Assembly: GCF_009914755.1 (NCBI RefSeq)
Contig: NC_060927.1
Length of the DNA stretch: 64,000 nucleotides
Strand: one strand, 5' to 3'
Origin: the human T2T-CHM13v2.0 reference genome, Homo sapiens
A program made the translations under genes and the position numbers. Of this stretch, positions 43,271 through 59,544 are shown one piece after another. Under the pieces are notes generated by a model. The model saw nothing but the letters and a program-made list of their open reading frames with translations. It made no database searches and was not told the origin of the DNA. How positions within the stretch are numbered: position 1 is the first letter of the stretch; every line of letters begins with the position of its first letter.

Positions 43271-44710
43271 AGCACAGAACCTGTGCAGATTGGTCACATG
43301 GAAAAGTTTACCTTTTAATTTTTTCCAACACAACTGGAAGAGCCACCCCCTTCTCTTGCACCTGCAGCCTGATAACTTGTTGCTCTACCAGCTGATCTAG
43401 AGGCAAGATGGCCAGCCCAGGACAATGGTGCCAGGTGTTTTTTGCCACGTAAATGCCCTAATTGTGTCGGATGTAGTTCACTAGTGAGGATGAGGTTAAG
43501 GAAACTACTGGACAGGAAAAAACATCATTGACTTTGGTTTCCTATTACTTCAGGATGTTTGCTTGCCTTTAAACATTCTGTGATTCCCTGGGTTGTGTCG
43601 GCCAATTCCCTGATATAACAGTCCATTTCCATAGGCCAGGATATTTTTTAAGTACCTGGAGATATTGATCTCCTACAGATGATGGCAGCACTTTCAGGCA
43701 ATGAGATGGAAAGAGGAGATGAGCGGCTCCCCCTGGGGAACTGCAAGTAGCATTGTTTTATTTGGCTTTCACTTAACTAGTGATTAGTAACCAATTGGAA
43801 ACCTTGAAATCATTTCTACAGGAAGCAGAGCCAGGTCAAGGGCCTTCTGAAAACATTAACTTTAGGTCACTGGAGAGAAGTATCATTTAGCTAAGAAGTG
43901 TCTTAGAATAAAATGCTAAAACATAGCTAGCATTCGTCAGAATTCTTAATGACTGTGTTAAGTCTTTTTACTTTATCCATAGCCTGAGCTAAGGGAAAAC
44001 TACCTAGAGGTTAATGAGCAAAGTAAAGAACTTGAGAGCTGACATTACCTTTCAGATGGCTGGCCTTGGCCCTCCAGTGGTCTCTCAAAGCTATATTTCT
44101 GTAACACTCTCCTTTCTACTGGAACTGTTAAGGCCATCGGTAATTTTATCACCAAGACCTATAGTTTCTAAATAATGACCTCCACCAAAATATATTAGCA
44201 TTCAACCAGAATACCAATATGATTTGGTTTCTGGTCTTCTGCCTTTCATTCTCTGAGGCTGTCTCTTAAGGCACCTGAAGATTAGTTTTGGGAAAGGGAG
44301 CTGGCATAACGGAAAATGAAAGATTCCATTAACTCCATGACTCTTGTGGCTAATGAAAGCTATTGCTGGTAGGGCTCAACGTTTAAAAAAAAAAAGAAAG
44401 AAAGGGGGAGAGAAGGAACTTCTCACTAAATTGCCATCTCTCAGCAAATGATTTCATTAGCAAAAAAGTGCAAATGAACATTTCCACAGTAACTCACCAA
44501 GTCAGTACGGCCACTTGGACACCCCAACGATTTCACTTCCCTCCATTTCAGATCAAGCGAGTGCACTGTGACTGACATAACCCTCAGCGACCACATCAGC
44601 TTTTCTTTCCAGGGCCGTTCTTCACATCCCATGGGAAACACATGCGACTTTGCCTTTAGGAACCCACATGAATCTACTAGAATGGCCCCCACTCTGAGTA
44701 GCAGCTTTGA

Positions 44711-45157
<447 letters not shown>

Positions 45158-45231
45158 ATCTCCTGGCCTTTAAACAGGAGGGACATGGGGTTCAGTAAAG
45201 GACAACCTATTGGCAGAATTCAGAGTCAGGG

Positions 45232-45610
<379 letters not shown>

Positions 45611-46029
45611 TCAAAGGCTGTACTGACATACCCTCAAGCTTCCAGAGTAAAATTTAACAAATGGCGCCGCTTCCTTTAACCAAATCCATGAGTCTCCCAA
45701 ACTTACAAATATTTATAGCATACTTAAATTAATTTCCTAATAAACTACTTCATGAATTAAAGGACCCCCTACTTCCTTTACTCAAATCATTATGTAACCC
45801 AGCAGGCTGTCTTCTCAAGCATGGTCCAGAATAAAAGAACATTGTCTTCTGCCACACCTGGGCTGTTGCTTTGATTCTTTTCATCTCCACAGCCCAGCCT
45901 TTCAGGACACCAGGGCAGGGTTCCATATTAAATGCGACACCCACAGAGTACTCAGATAAGTCCATCCTGCTTCAGACCCTGTTTGAGGGGGAACTTAAAG
46001 AAGACACAGGGCCAGGGGTGCTCAGGGCC

Positions 46030-46225
46030 TACAGAGTTGCCAAACTTTTTCTGGAAAAGGGGAAAAAGTCAATATTTTAGCTTCAGTAGGCCATTGCAGT
46101 CTCTGTTCCAACTACTCAACTTCAACTCTGCTGATACCACACAAAAGTAGCCACAGACCAGAGTAAACAAATGGGCATGACTGTGTCCCAACGAAACTTT
46201 ATGTATAAAGAAAACAGTGGGATGG
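46030..46225 (+). mobile_element. MER58A
   Basis: GCCAAACTTTTTCTG...CAACTACTCAACT...GTAAACAAATGGGCATGACTGTGTCCCAA. Confidence 0.75.
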
Positions 46226-46387
46226 TTAATCTTAAAGCTACTCTCATGGGGGTGGAGGAGTGGAATGGGAAGTGGCCGCTGGTGGTTCTGAGCATTTTGT
46301 CCCTTTCTCAGAAATCTCCAGATACCCTCAGGGGAATGGCGAAACACCACTAAGCTTGGGGTAATACCTTCAACATTCCCTCTACAA

Positions 46388-46615
46388 CAGGGGTGTCCAA
46401 TCTTTTTACTTCCCTGGACCACATTGGAAGAAGAAGAATTGTCTTGGGCCACACATAAAATATACTAACACTAACAATAGCTGATGGACTTTAAAAAAAA
46501 ATCTCAAAAAAAAAAAAACTCATGTTTTAAGAAAAGTTTACAAATTTGTTTTGGGCTGCATTCAAAGCTGTCCTGGGCCACAGGCAGAGCACAAGCTGAA
46601 GGCTGGACAAGCTCA
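46388..46615 (+). mobile_element. MER30 (hAT-Charlie)
   Basis: CAGGGGTGTCCAATCTTTT...GGAAGAAGAAGAATTGTCTTGGGCCACAC; 8-bp TSD CTCTACAA/CACTACAA. Confidence 0.88.
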
Positions 46616-46992
46616 CACTACAACTTTCTTTCACCTCCTTTCGGAAGGAAAGTGGCCTCAAGCAGGGAACATGCAAAAGTTAGTCATTCTCCTTCCATAA
46701 GTCTAGCTATATTATGAAAGAGGTCAACTTGGGTTGGCAAGTCTTGCTTATGAATAACAGTCTCAACTAACTAGTACAGGCAGGTGCTGGAAGGTCAGGC
46801 CCCAACAGGAAATTTCCCCTAATCCTCCATGCAGACAAGCATTGATTAAAAATGGTAATTTTGATGGTTGCAAAACAATGTGAATGTACTTAATGCCACG
46901 GTACAGTATGCCGAAAAAAACAGTTAAAATGATAAATTTTGTTATGTATATTTTACCATAATAAAACAATGTTTAAATCAAAAAAAAAAATT

Positions 46993-47289
<297 letters not shown>

Positions 47290-48069
47290 TTAAGGCAAAA
47301 TAGTGATAGTCACGGGGTCGGGGGGCGGACATTAGTAAAGTTGAGGAAGTACTGGTTATTGAGAAGTTCCAAATGGCAGAAACAAGCAGTGTTTTCTAAA
47401 CTCTTAGAATGAAATGGTAAGTTAAGGCACCCAAGAAGCTCTCGCCCTCTTATAAGGCCAAAAATCAACTTCATCATCAACATTTCCTCTTGAAGCCTTG
47501 AAGTATTTTGAGCATGTCTCTCCTTTGATGCTAGAGTTTCAGCTAGACTACAATGCGCCTTCACTACAATGGAAACCCTCAATAAAGCTGTCGTAGAGTG
47601 ATAGAATTTCGGCACTGAAAGGGACCTTGGAAGATACACTACCCAGCAGCTCTGAGCCTTTTCCTGCCACAGCAGGCATGATGGATGGAGCTCACAAGCA
47701 TGATGGATGCAGCAGGATCCACTCCCATGGCCTGCTCAATCCATTTCCTTCTCTGCTGCTCAAGAAAGTACTGCAGAAGGTGAGCAAGGGTGGCATTATT
47801 ATATGAATAACCTTGAGTCCAGCCTAGTTGTATTGTTAAGTAAGGCATTAGCAAGCTTAGAGATCTTATTTGTGTTTGTACATACACACACACATATACC
47901 CACACACCCGCATATATAACAGCATAAGAACTGATTTATAATACAATCTAACTGGAATTTCTAAAATGCCATTTGGGGTTGATATATAATAGACTCTGTG
48001 CTTTTAATTTATACCAAGTAAATGAGGGGACTATAATACCACCCCTGGAGACCCTGTAGGCTTTTGTAA

Positions 48070-48427
<358 letters not shown>

Positions 48428-48785
48428 CAAGTACTAGTTTTATAAACCTAAATAGGAGAAAAGCAAAATCAAACTATTCAACCTCTTTGTGCATGTATTA
48501 ATTCAGGCTACCTTAGACTACTGTAGACCACAGGCTAACTCAGAAACAATTAGAAAACTGACTAACCAAGGTGAACACAACAAAATATATGTATATAAAA
48601 CTCTGAAATAAAGATATTGTTACTGACAAGAAGCGTTTTTTCAGTGCCCAAATGTGCAATATGCAATTCTATGCCCCGATTCTGTCATATCTCTAACCCA
48701 CCAAAATCTAGGAGAATGGGAGAACTCTCATATTCTCGGAGAACCAAGAACTAACCAGAGGCTATAACCACCATTTCTTCCTTCT

Positions 48786-49100
48786 TTATTTTTTGATTGT
48801 TTGTTTGCATGTTTGTTTTTGAGACGGAGTCTTGCTCTGTTGCCCAAGCTGGAGTGCAGTGGCACAATCTCAGCTCACTGAAACCTCTGCCTCCTGGGTT
48901 CAAGTGATTCTCCTGTGTCAGCTCCCAAGTGTTGGGATTATAGGCACCCGCCACCACACCAGGCTAATTTTTGTATTTTTAGTAGAGACAGGGTTTCTCC
49001 ATGTTAGCCAGGCTGGTCTCGAACTCCTGACCTCAAGTGATCCACCCACCTCGGCCTCCCAAAGTGCTGGGATTACAGGCATGAGCCACTGCACCCAGCC
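48786..49100 (-). mobile_element. AluS
   Basis: Reverse Alu; TSD TCTTCCTT. Confidence 0.92.
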
Positions 49101-49153
49101 TCTTCCTTTCATTTTTAAGACGGTCCTAACCAAGATCAGTTATCTCCCTAGAA

Positions 49154-49425
49154 TAGCATTTCCCGAAAAGTGTTCAGAGGTATTGGTGAATAAAAGAGTG
49201 CTATCGCCAACTAAGTTTGGGAAACTGAGCCAAAATACATCTCTACCAAGTATCAATTTCTTTACTGTGTGACTTATCAGAGTCTGTAAATATGCTTGTA
49301 TTCATTATGCAGCTCCAGAAGGATATGGCAGCAGGCAGTGTTTCCCAACCTTACTAACCACAGCACTCTTTTTGTCAGTATATCTCATGTGACTAGCATT
49401 CCATGGAACCCACTTTGGGAAATGT
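49154..49425. mobile_element. Old hAT-Charlie MER element (subfamily uncertain)
   Basis: Terminal inverted repeats AGCATTTCCC / GGGAAATGT. Confidence 0.55.
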
Positions 49426-49589
49426 CACAGCAAAAATATATCCAAGATGGGACTCTGATTTCCCAGTATATGGAATTATTTGAGCCCGAGACTCTGGATT
49501 TTAGTATCAAATTTTCCTAGTTACCGCAAATGAGGTGTTCTAAATATGAAGACTAGAACTAGAACTCACTTGACCCACTACAAATGCCC

Positions 49590-49785
49590 AACTAGTCATT
49601 AGCCATGTGCAACTATTTAACTTAAAATGATTATAAAATTAAATAAAATAAAAAATTCAATCCCTCAGTCATGCTGATCACATTTCAAGCACTCAATAGC
49701 CACATGTGGCTACTGGCTACCATATTGGACAACATACCTATATATCATTGCCATCACTGCTGAAGGTTCCATTGAACAGCATTAC
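49590..49785 (-). mobile_element. MER3/MER33
   Basis: CACATTTCAAGCACTCAATAGCCACATGTGGCTACTGGCTACCATATTGGACA. Confidence 0.8.
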
Positions 49786-49829
49786 ACTAGAGTATAAGCT
49801 CCCTGTGTTTACGGGGATGTGTCTATTGT

Positions 49830-49990
49830 GTTTTGTTTTGTTTGGTTTTGTTTTTTCCCTTTGAGACAGAGTCTCACTCTGTCGCCCAAGCTCCGTGCTG
49901 GAGTGCAGTGGCACAATCAGAGCTCACTGTAACCTTGAACTCCTGGCCTCAAAGCACAGGTATTACAGGTGTGAACCACTACCATGCCTG
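49830..49990 (-). mobile_element. Alu monomer fragment (FLAM-like)
   Basis: GAGACAGAGTCTCACTCTGTCGCCCA...TATTACAGGTGTGAACCAC. Confidence 0.75.
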
Positions 49991-50193
49991 TTGTCTTCTA
50001 TCGTATCCTCATCTGCATCCAGTGCACTGCTTTGAACACATTTTTTTTTTTAATAAATAGCCATTGAATGGTAACAGGGGGGAAAAAAAACCATTACCAT
50101 GAATAAAATTTCCTCTTATTGGTGGTTTCCTGGAGTTGTTCCCTTCCACTTCGCCTCCCAACTCCTGTCCTCAAATTCTCTGGTGACCTTCAG

Positions 50194-51026
<833 letters not shown>

Positions 51027-52445
51027 TTAATGTACAATAAGTATGCATGTATTTATTTTGATACTGATCAAATTCTATCCAAAAGGCTATAGCACACAAA
51101 CATGGATGCACTGATACTGGCTTCTACATTCTAGAACCCAAAATAAGTTAACATGCAGAAATCAATGTGCATATTTTGTACAGCTTCCTACTCACCTATT
51201 TCCCCAATTCTAAAGTCACGTAAAATGTTCCTTCTTGGTTTGTCTTCCTAATTGGGTGATTTGGCAAGTGTAGAGTGAGTGGCCACCCCACTGCCTCTAA
51301 AAACAGAGGAGTCAAGTGTAACAACAGGTTGGTTATAAGCATTATGATGCCTTTGTTCTCATGAGCAGTCAGAAGTAAAATATCTGACACCTTTTTTCAT
51401 GCACCAAACCTCACTCTAAATTGACTCTTAGTCTTTTATCACCCACCCCCACAAATGATCATTTTCCACAGTCCATGGCTCACCAATGAGTAAGCTAATC
51501 AATACAGTAAAAATGTAAATGTTTGTTCCACTCAGTACTCTTAAATATTGGAGTGGACACTTTCAAAATCACCTTTCCCTGATAACATAAAAGCTCTCTA
51601 AATCCCTGATTAATTACTTCTCAGGCACCTGTTAATCTCCCTCGCTGTTTCCAATTAACAAAATCAAAACCAACAGGTTTTAACATTCTTGCCAAAAAGA
51701 CCAATTGTGTTGATTCATCCACCTGGCCCTCTCCTGAAAATGGTTGCTTATCTCTGCTTTCCATCTTTAACTGTTTAATAAATGTTTTTATTGTAAGCCG
51801 GGACTCCTATTAAGATATGCAGACTAAATATATCTCTTTTGTTCTAATATTTAGATTTCAAAAAATCGATTTCAAGCCTCTCCAAAAGCATTTCTTCTAA
51901 ATAATGTGAGGCTGTGCCTCCTTGCATTACTTTACTTCCCTTGTGCACATCAATAATGAGATTCCAGGAGGAGGTCAATAGGACACTGGAGAATAAGACA
52001 AGACAAAGTCGGTGTCACAGCCGGGGTTCAGCATCCCACCGGTGCCCACACTAGGCCCCACACAAGAAATTACACGACAGTTACAGCGTTCATGTGAGGT
52101 GGGGCCAAGGGCCTTGGCAAAGGAATTTCAGTGTCCAACTCCACCAGGAGTCCCAACCAAATGAGAAAGTAATTCAATCTTTACAGTCTTTATAGTGAAA
52201 AGCTATTAACGAGGTGTCTTTTGCTATGTTGTGAAAAATGAAAAGAATAAATCCTTACTGCTTGACTAGAGAAAAAAAGTACATTCAAGAGCCTCTGTTA
52301 ATTTACATGATGGGTAGTTTAGCACACCTGGCTGCAGACAAGTGCAACCTATGCAAATAGGTAACCCCCAGCTGAAAGACTACAGACACCCAAACCTCCT
52401 ACTCACAAGTATGCTTTGTTTTTATCAAGCAACCAGCTTTTGAGA

Positions 52446-52503
52446 GTCTCTCTGAACCTATTCTGGTTCTGGAGGCTGCCTGATTTAAAACACAAAAAGA
52501 GAA
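52446..52503 (+). mobile_element. Micro-retrocopy: 41-nt ERV1-LTR (MER57-like) R-region fragment plus A-tail, flanked by a 19-bp TSD
   Basis: GTCTCTCTGAACCTATTCTGGTTCTGGAGGCTGCCTGATTT + AAAACACAAAAAGAGAA, flanked by AAGCAACCAGCTTTTGAGA (52427-52445) and AAGAAACTAGCTGTTGAGA (52504-52522), 16/19 identical. Confidence 0.65.
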
Positions 52504-53205
52504 AAGAAACTAGCTGTTGAGATAGGAAGGAGCACCTTGGAAGGTACAAACTGATCTAGTATGCTGACAATCAATCAATCAATACCTCAAAACATGTAAC
52601 CTTGACTGGACTAACGCACTCTTTTTTCCTCTTGGCTTCCAGTAGGATTACTGCACTAATTCCCAAGAGCTGCTGAAGTATGAGGCTGACTTTGCTCCTC
52701 GGTTTTGTTATCAGCCTTAGTTAAGGTGTTTGAGAGAAACAGATACTTAAAATGTGTGATTACAGTTTAAAACATCAAGGGACTCTGATTAAATCTTTAA
52801 GTGGTGCTAACAGCCTTAATAACTTTAATTTGTTAAATTTAGAAACTAAGTGAGGTTAATCAATGAATAAGTGAAACCATTTTTGACATGAAAATTACTA
52901 CTTTATAAATAAAAATTTATCTACAAGTTGAGCTTAAAGTTCAAGAAATACTAGGTTTTAAAATTTACTATTTTAATAAACTAATAATTGAAAAAGAACA
53001 ACTTACTATAAATATCATTCCAAACAAAAGCCCTCCTCAGTTATTAAAAACACAATGACAATTCACTTAACCTTTATGCCAGTATTTTAAACTTTCTCTT
53101 TTGCTTTAAAAAATAGTAATAATGACAAAGTTAAAAGACAGCAAGACAAGTCCCTGAAAGTGAAACAAAAACATCTAGAAGACACACACTGGAGTTGTTT
53201 TTTCT

Positions 53206-53360
53206 TTTCTTTTTTTTTTTTTTAAAGAGACAGGGTCTCATTCTGTTGCCCAGGCCAGAGTACAGTGGTATGATCATAGCTCACTGTAGCCTCGAACTCC
53301 TGGGCTCAAACGATCCTCCTGCCTCAGCCTCCTGAGGAGTGAGCTACCATGCCTGGCTCC
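53206..53360 (-). mobile_element. Alu monomer (FLAM/AluJ)
   Basis: Poly-T followed by a single reverse arm. Confidence 0.85.
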
Positions 53361-55495
53361 AGAGCAGTTTTGTGTCTAAAGAGTTTGGAATGGAAAATCA
53401 CCTCAGAAAGGAAAAGGGTTAATGAGATAGTAAGGCGGTCATCACTGGGACCACTGCTGACCAAACAGGAAACAAATGAAAGTAAGCAAGTCACTGGCCC
53501 CACTACCTCCAGCCCAAGCCTATAAGGATAGGAAAGCAAAGTCAGTGTATGGGGTAGACCAGGTGAGACCATGGCAACAGGGGCCCACATACCCCATTTC
53601 CTGTGCCATGTGGAATGCAGGCCCACTACTGCTAGACCATCTATTAATAAATCTTCCAAAAAATTTCAGACAGTGGTAATTTGTACATATTCAGATGTTT
53701 AAGGGAAAGCATTTGATTTTTAAATCATGGCAACTAGTGATGGAAAACATTTGCACAAGCAAAACAAAACACATATGCAGGCCACAAATAGCCCATCCAA
53801 AGCCCATTTGTGGTTTCGATCTACAAGATAAAGTCAAACTTCACAGCATGAGGCACTCACAGCCTGGATCTCACCTGCCTACCAACTGCCCCCAGTCACA
53901 CCCTATGTCAAACATCCTGCAACTCCTGAAGATGATTCCAAATGCTGGGCTTTTGCTCATACTGTACCTTCTACCCAGAATGCCCTGCCCAGACCACCTG
54001 GAAAGATCGCCTCTTTCATGGACTGTGTCCTCCTGCCCTCAGGTAGACTCAACCACTCCTTTCTTTGCCTCTTACACAGATTTCTATCATGACCTTTATA
54101 ATGCTTTAGTATTAATGTAAATAAGTCTGACATATCAAATCCACTTAGAACAGCACTCCGCAGAGGAAAAGACCAAATTTAAAACATAGATAAATTCCCT
54201 ATGACTTATTTATTGCAAGTAACAGAAACTAATTTGGTTGCTTGAGGATACATCGGGGTGACTTACTGAATGAGGCTCAAGGCATCTCACAGGAGCCAAG
54301 GAAGGTGGCCAGGTCTTAGGAAGGGCTGGAGCAAAGACTGGAAATCCAACCAACAGAGAGGAAGTGTTTTCTCCCTCTGGTTCCAATCTCTGTTTTTCCA
54401 GAAATGAACATAGTGGTTTCAGTTCCCAAGATGACACCTTCTAGAATTCCAGGAATGTGCTCATCCCAACCGGCTATCTCATCAATTCAAATTTCTAAGT
54501 GAGGATCTGATTTGTCTCTTTCACCCAATCATATCACCAGAGTTAATAAACATCATTACCAAAGGTCCAGGGAGGCAGTTCACAGAGCAGGAGGAATGGC
54601 TTCCAGAATGTGCCTCCAAAACTGTTTGCTGAGTAAATAGCAATCACTATCCTGGGCTGAGGAAAACAGGAAGTACAACACAGGCACTGCAAATCTATCC
54701 ACCAAATCAGGCTTTACAGGAAGACTAGAATGAAAGCACTTTTTTATTAGAGGATAATGGCACTAATAGTGCAGACTGTGAAACATGGACGTGTTGTTAA
54801 GATAATGCATTTTAGCTTTCATAACTATCTTCTACTTTATTCCAAAGAGAAGTCCAACTTTCTGTGCCCTCCAGAGGAGCAGAATAATAGAATAATGACT
54901 ATGAGTTCTGACTGGCCAGCCATTGTCAGTGGGTGCTCAAGAGATTCAAGTGTAAAGAATTTAAAATGCAGAAGATGGAAAAGGTAAAACTATAAAGACA
55001 TTATAAAGATCAGGGGTTGCTAGTGGTTTAGGGGAGGAAGGGAGGAATAAGCAGGTGAAGCATTGGGAATTTTTAGGATGGTGAAAATATTCTGTATGAT
55101 ACTGTATTGGTGGATATGTGACATGCATTTGTCAAAATTCATAGAACTGTCCAACACAAAGAGTGAACCTGGATATATGCAAATTTGAAAAGAAGAATCA
55201 TTTAGGAAGTCAGGGGATCCTAGGAAAGAACCCAGCCTGTGACAAAAGAATCTAATTGTATTACAAATGTAGGAAACAACCTTACTGAAGGAGGTAGGAG
55301 AAAGAGTAACCTAAGTGACTTTGCAAGTGAGTGGCATCTGTAAGAGTAAAGGCAAAAGGAACAGCACATAAGAATTGTACTCTAGCTGATAAAGTTGCTT
55401 CCCATGGGGATGCAGGTTACCAATGCTGCTACTGCTACACATGTGTACTGGAACTAAACAATTAAGTAGATGGATGGTAGATGGTAGAGGCCAAG

Positions 55496-55917
55496 TGATA
55501 TGGTTTGGATATCAGTCCCTTCCAAATCTCATGTTGGAATGTGATCCAAAATGTTGGAAGTGGGGCCTGGTGGGAGGTGCCTGGGTCGTGGGAGGGAGGC
55601 AGATCCCTCATGAATGGCTTGGGACCATTTTCTTGGTGATGAGTGAGTTTTCACTCTATTTATTAGTTCACACCAAGAGTTGGTTGCTTAAAGAAGCCTG
55701 GCTTCTCTCTTGTTCCCTCTCTCACCATGTGATCCACTAGCTCCCCCTTCACCTTCCACCATGATTGGAAGCTTCCTGAAGCCAACACCAGAAGCAGATA
55801 CCGGCACTATGTTTTATGTGTAGCCTGCAGAACCATGAGCCAAATAAAACTCTATTATTTAAAATAAATTACCCAGTCTCAGGTATTCCATTATAGCAAC
55901 ACAAATGGACTAATACT
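55496..55917 (+). mobile_element. MSTB-type MaLR solo LTR
   Basis: TGATATGGTTTGG...CAGATCCCTCATGAATGGCTT...ATGGACTAATAC; perfect 5-bp TSD CCAAG. Confidence 0.88.
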
Positions 55918-57216
55918 CCAAGTTTCTCACTATTGAAGTGGGGGTGAACGATAAACTAGAGGAGGAATCTAGATTAATCCATGTGCTAATAGGCTAGGGT
56001 TCAGATATCAACATGTTAAACATAAGTCAAACTCATGATAAACTTAATATAGATACACATGGTTACACATAGAAATATTTTAAAATATGTGTATATATAC
56101 ACCTTAGTACACACATGTACTTTTTTTATGTCAGCTAAGAGGACCTAAAAAAATGATAACCCCATGGCAACAAGTATACCTAGTGCCCACATCTTGGTTT
56201 GTAATACCATTCTCCAATAAAAGGAGTCAGGTTCCTTGGAAAAATGGCTGATTCTAAGACTGGGGCAGGAAATAACACAAGATGGGTCTAGAGCATCTTG
56301 TAGTACCAGGAAGTAAGGAAGTGCTCAAACCCACAATGATGGGGGTATGTCAAAGTGATGCAGGAGCCAAGTGAAAGAGCCTCCGATGGCCAACAAAAAT
56401 GGAAACATTTGAGCAACAAAATAAAGTAACATGGGTCTATAATCCAGAGTAAAAAATAAATATGCATGATTCCATACTGATATGAATAATGATTAAGTTA
56501 CTCAATAAATGGAGAAGAGACAAATCTCCCAGGCATCAGAACTGCAAATAAATGATGTAAAACCATTCCCTCAAGAAGGAGGAGTTTAACTCCCTACTCT
56601 TTAAACACTAGGTTGAGCATAGGGACTTTCTTTTGCGGAGCACAGTATGAAAAGGACAGGAGAGGAGAGAAACTTCACAGGGGAAAAACCTGAAATATAC
56701 TACTTCTAGCCAGGTGATTAAGGTCAACAGCAACAATTACAAATCATGTTGATAGTATGTACCCTTGATATGATGTGATAAAAATGCCACTTTCCCTCTG
56801 TGATCTTCCTCTGAAAACACATAACCCTCATCTCATCAAGAGAAAAACATCAGACAAATTCCAATAAGGACTATCCTACAATACACCTGACTAGTAGTCC
56901 TCAAAACTGTCAAGGTCATCAAAAACAACGGAATTGTGAGAAACTGTCATCGCAGTCAAGAGGAGCCTAAGGGGCAGAAATGACAACTAAATGTAATACG
57001 GTATCCTGGAAGGGATCCTAGAACAGAAAAGGAACATTGGATAAAAAGTAAAGAAATCTAGGTAAACTATACACTTCAGTTAATAATGAGGTGTAATATC
57101 GGTTATTAATGGTAATGTAACCACATAAACGTAAAATGTTAATAATAGAGAAACTGTGGGAGTTGGGGGGAGTATGTGAGAACTCTCTATTATCCAATCA
57201 GTTCTTCTATAAACCT

Positions 57217-57529
<313 letters not shown>

Positions 57530-58302
57530 CTAAAAACAATAATAAAGTCTATTAATTTTTTTTAAAAAACTGGAAGGAAAGAGAAGAAAGGCAGGACAAG
57601 GATTTAGCGCTGTCACTTTTCAGAGATGGCTACAGTGATCTGTTCCCCCGGCTGGCTTCTTATGTGGCTCCGTCTTGCAGGGGTGGGATTCTTCATCTCC
57701 ACACTGCACACCAATCTGGCCAAACCTGCCTTAATTCTAAAATGTAGCTGCTGGCACTCAGCAACAATAACCTTCTAGAGCACAAAACGGAAGCTATTTT
57801 TAAGTGATACCAGGAATTTCTAGAAACATTTTAAGCAATTGATTGTGAGGGCTTCACAGTGTTTAAAAAAATCACTTGGAGCTTTAAAGGAGCAACTAAA
57901 AGATGAAAGAAAACGCTCATCTGAACACTTCACAAAGAAAGAACAAGGGGCAAGGTCCAGGACCATAAATGACCAAACAGCATTCTTCATTTATGTGAAC
58001 TGGTTTCCCAGGGTAACCACTCTCCTCTTATTGAAGAGTCTCTGAAGGCAAGTAGCCAAATCCTACAAAAAGCTGAGCTATCCAGACTGGTGGAGGAAAG
58101 GGGTGGGGAGCTAAACCACCAATTTGGTTAATTAACATTGTCCCTGGTTAACATATGGCTGTTGTCCCTGGTTCTCTCTCCAAAGGTCCAGTCCCCACCC
58201 AAATACCAGGTACAGCTTGATGCTAATCAGAGTGAAAGTTGTCAGTTTGAAAGGGAGTAAACAAACATGGTCATTAAATGAGAAGGCACCAGAGGATCGT
58301 AA

Positions 58303-58695
<393 letters not shown>

Positions 58696-58816
58696 AAAGA
58701 CCAGTATGATCTACTTGTATTTTTAAAAGCCAAAAATATTCTTAAGTACACAAATTCATGTTATTTATAATAGCTTACTTTTCTGAAAATGCTTGAAATT
58801 GGAATATATTTGTCAA

Positions 58817-59132
58817 GGCCATGTGTGGTGGTTCAAGCCTGTAATCCCAGCACTTTAGGAGGCTGAGGTGGGTGGATCAGAAGGTCGGGAGTTCAAGACC
58901 AGCCTGGCCAACATAGTGAAACCCTGTCTTTACTAAAAATACAAGAAAATTAGTGGGCATAGTGGCAGGCGCCTGGAATCCCAGCTACTTGGGAGGCTGA
59001 GGCAAGGAGAATTGCTTGAACCTGGGAGGTGGAGGTTGCAGTGAGCTGAGATCATGCCACTGCACTCCAGCCCAGGTGACAGTGCAAGACTTCATCTAAA
59101 AAAAAAAAAGAAAGAAAGAAAAGAAAAAAAGA
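58817..59132 (+). mobile_element. AluS
   Basis: TSD AATATATTTGTC. Confidence 0.92.
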
Positions 59133-59544
59133 AATATATTTGTCTCTTACGGCATTGACTCTGGAGTGGAAAAGGAAAGGGACTCTGGAGTGGAAAAGAG
59201 TACGTGGTCCATGGCCATCTAGAGGGGAGAGAGCCCCACCACAGAGCCCGGGTCCAGCCACCCAGCCTCTCCGGGCAGCACCTTCCTTGTGAGGTATCAA
59301 ATCCAGAGAGTAGATTCAAGACTTCCTGGAAGACAGAAAAGCCAAGTTCTAGAGCTTTATCCCTCTCAGGTAAAATCCTGGATAACAAAATCTCTCCCGT
59401 AAAATTGAAAACACAAGCCCAATTTGGAACAAATAGATGCACTAAAATCAGCATAATTTGGTCCATTCCTGAAACTATCTTAATCGGAGTAAAGATATGA
59501 AAAATACTTGAGTGACTTGACTTGAATATTGAATTCAGTTGGAT

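Noticed and set aside
45658-45668. YY1-like CAAATGGCGCC
   Set aside because: A single short motif with no supporting context
52446-52454. GTCTCTCTG also occurs at the 5' end of HIV-1 TAR
   Set aside because: A 9-nt pyrimidine-rich match is not evidence of homology; the TAR comparison is kept only as a functional analogy
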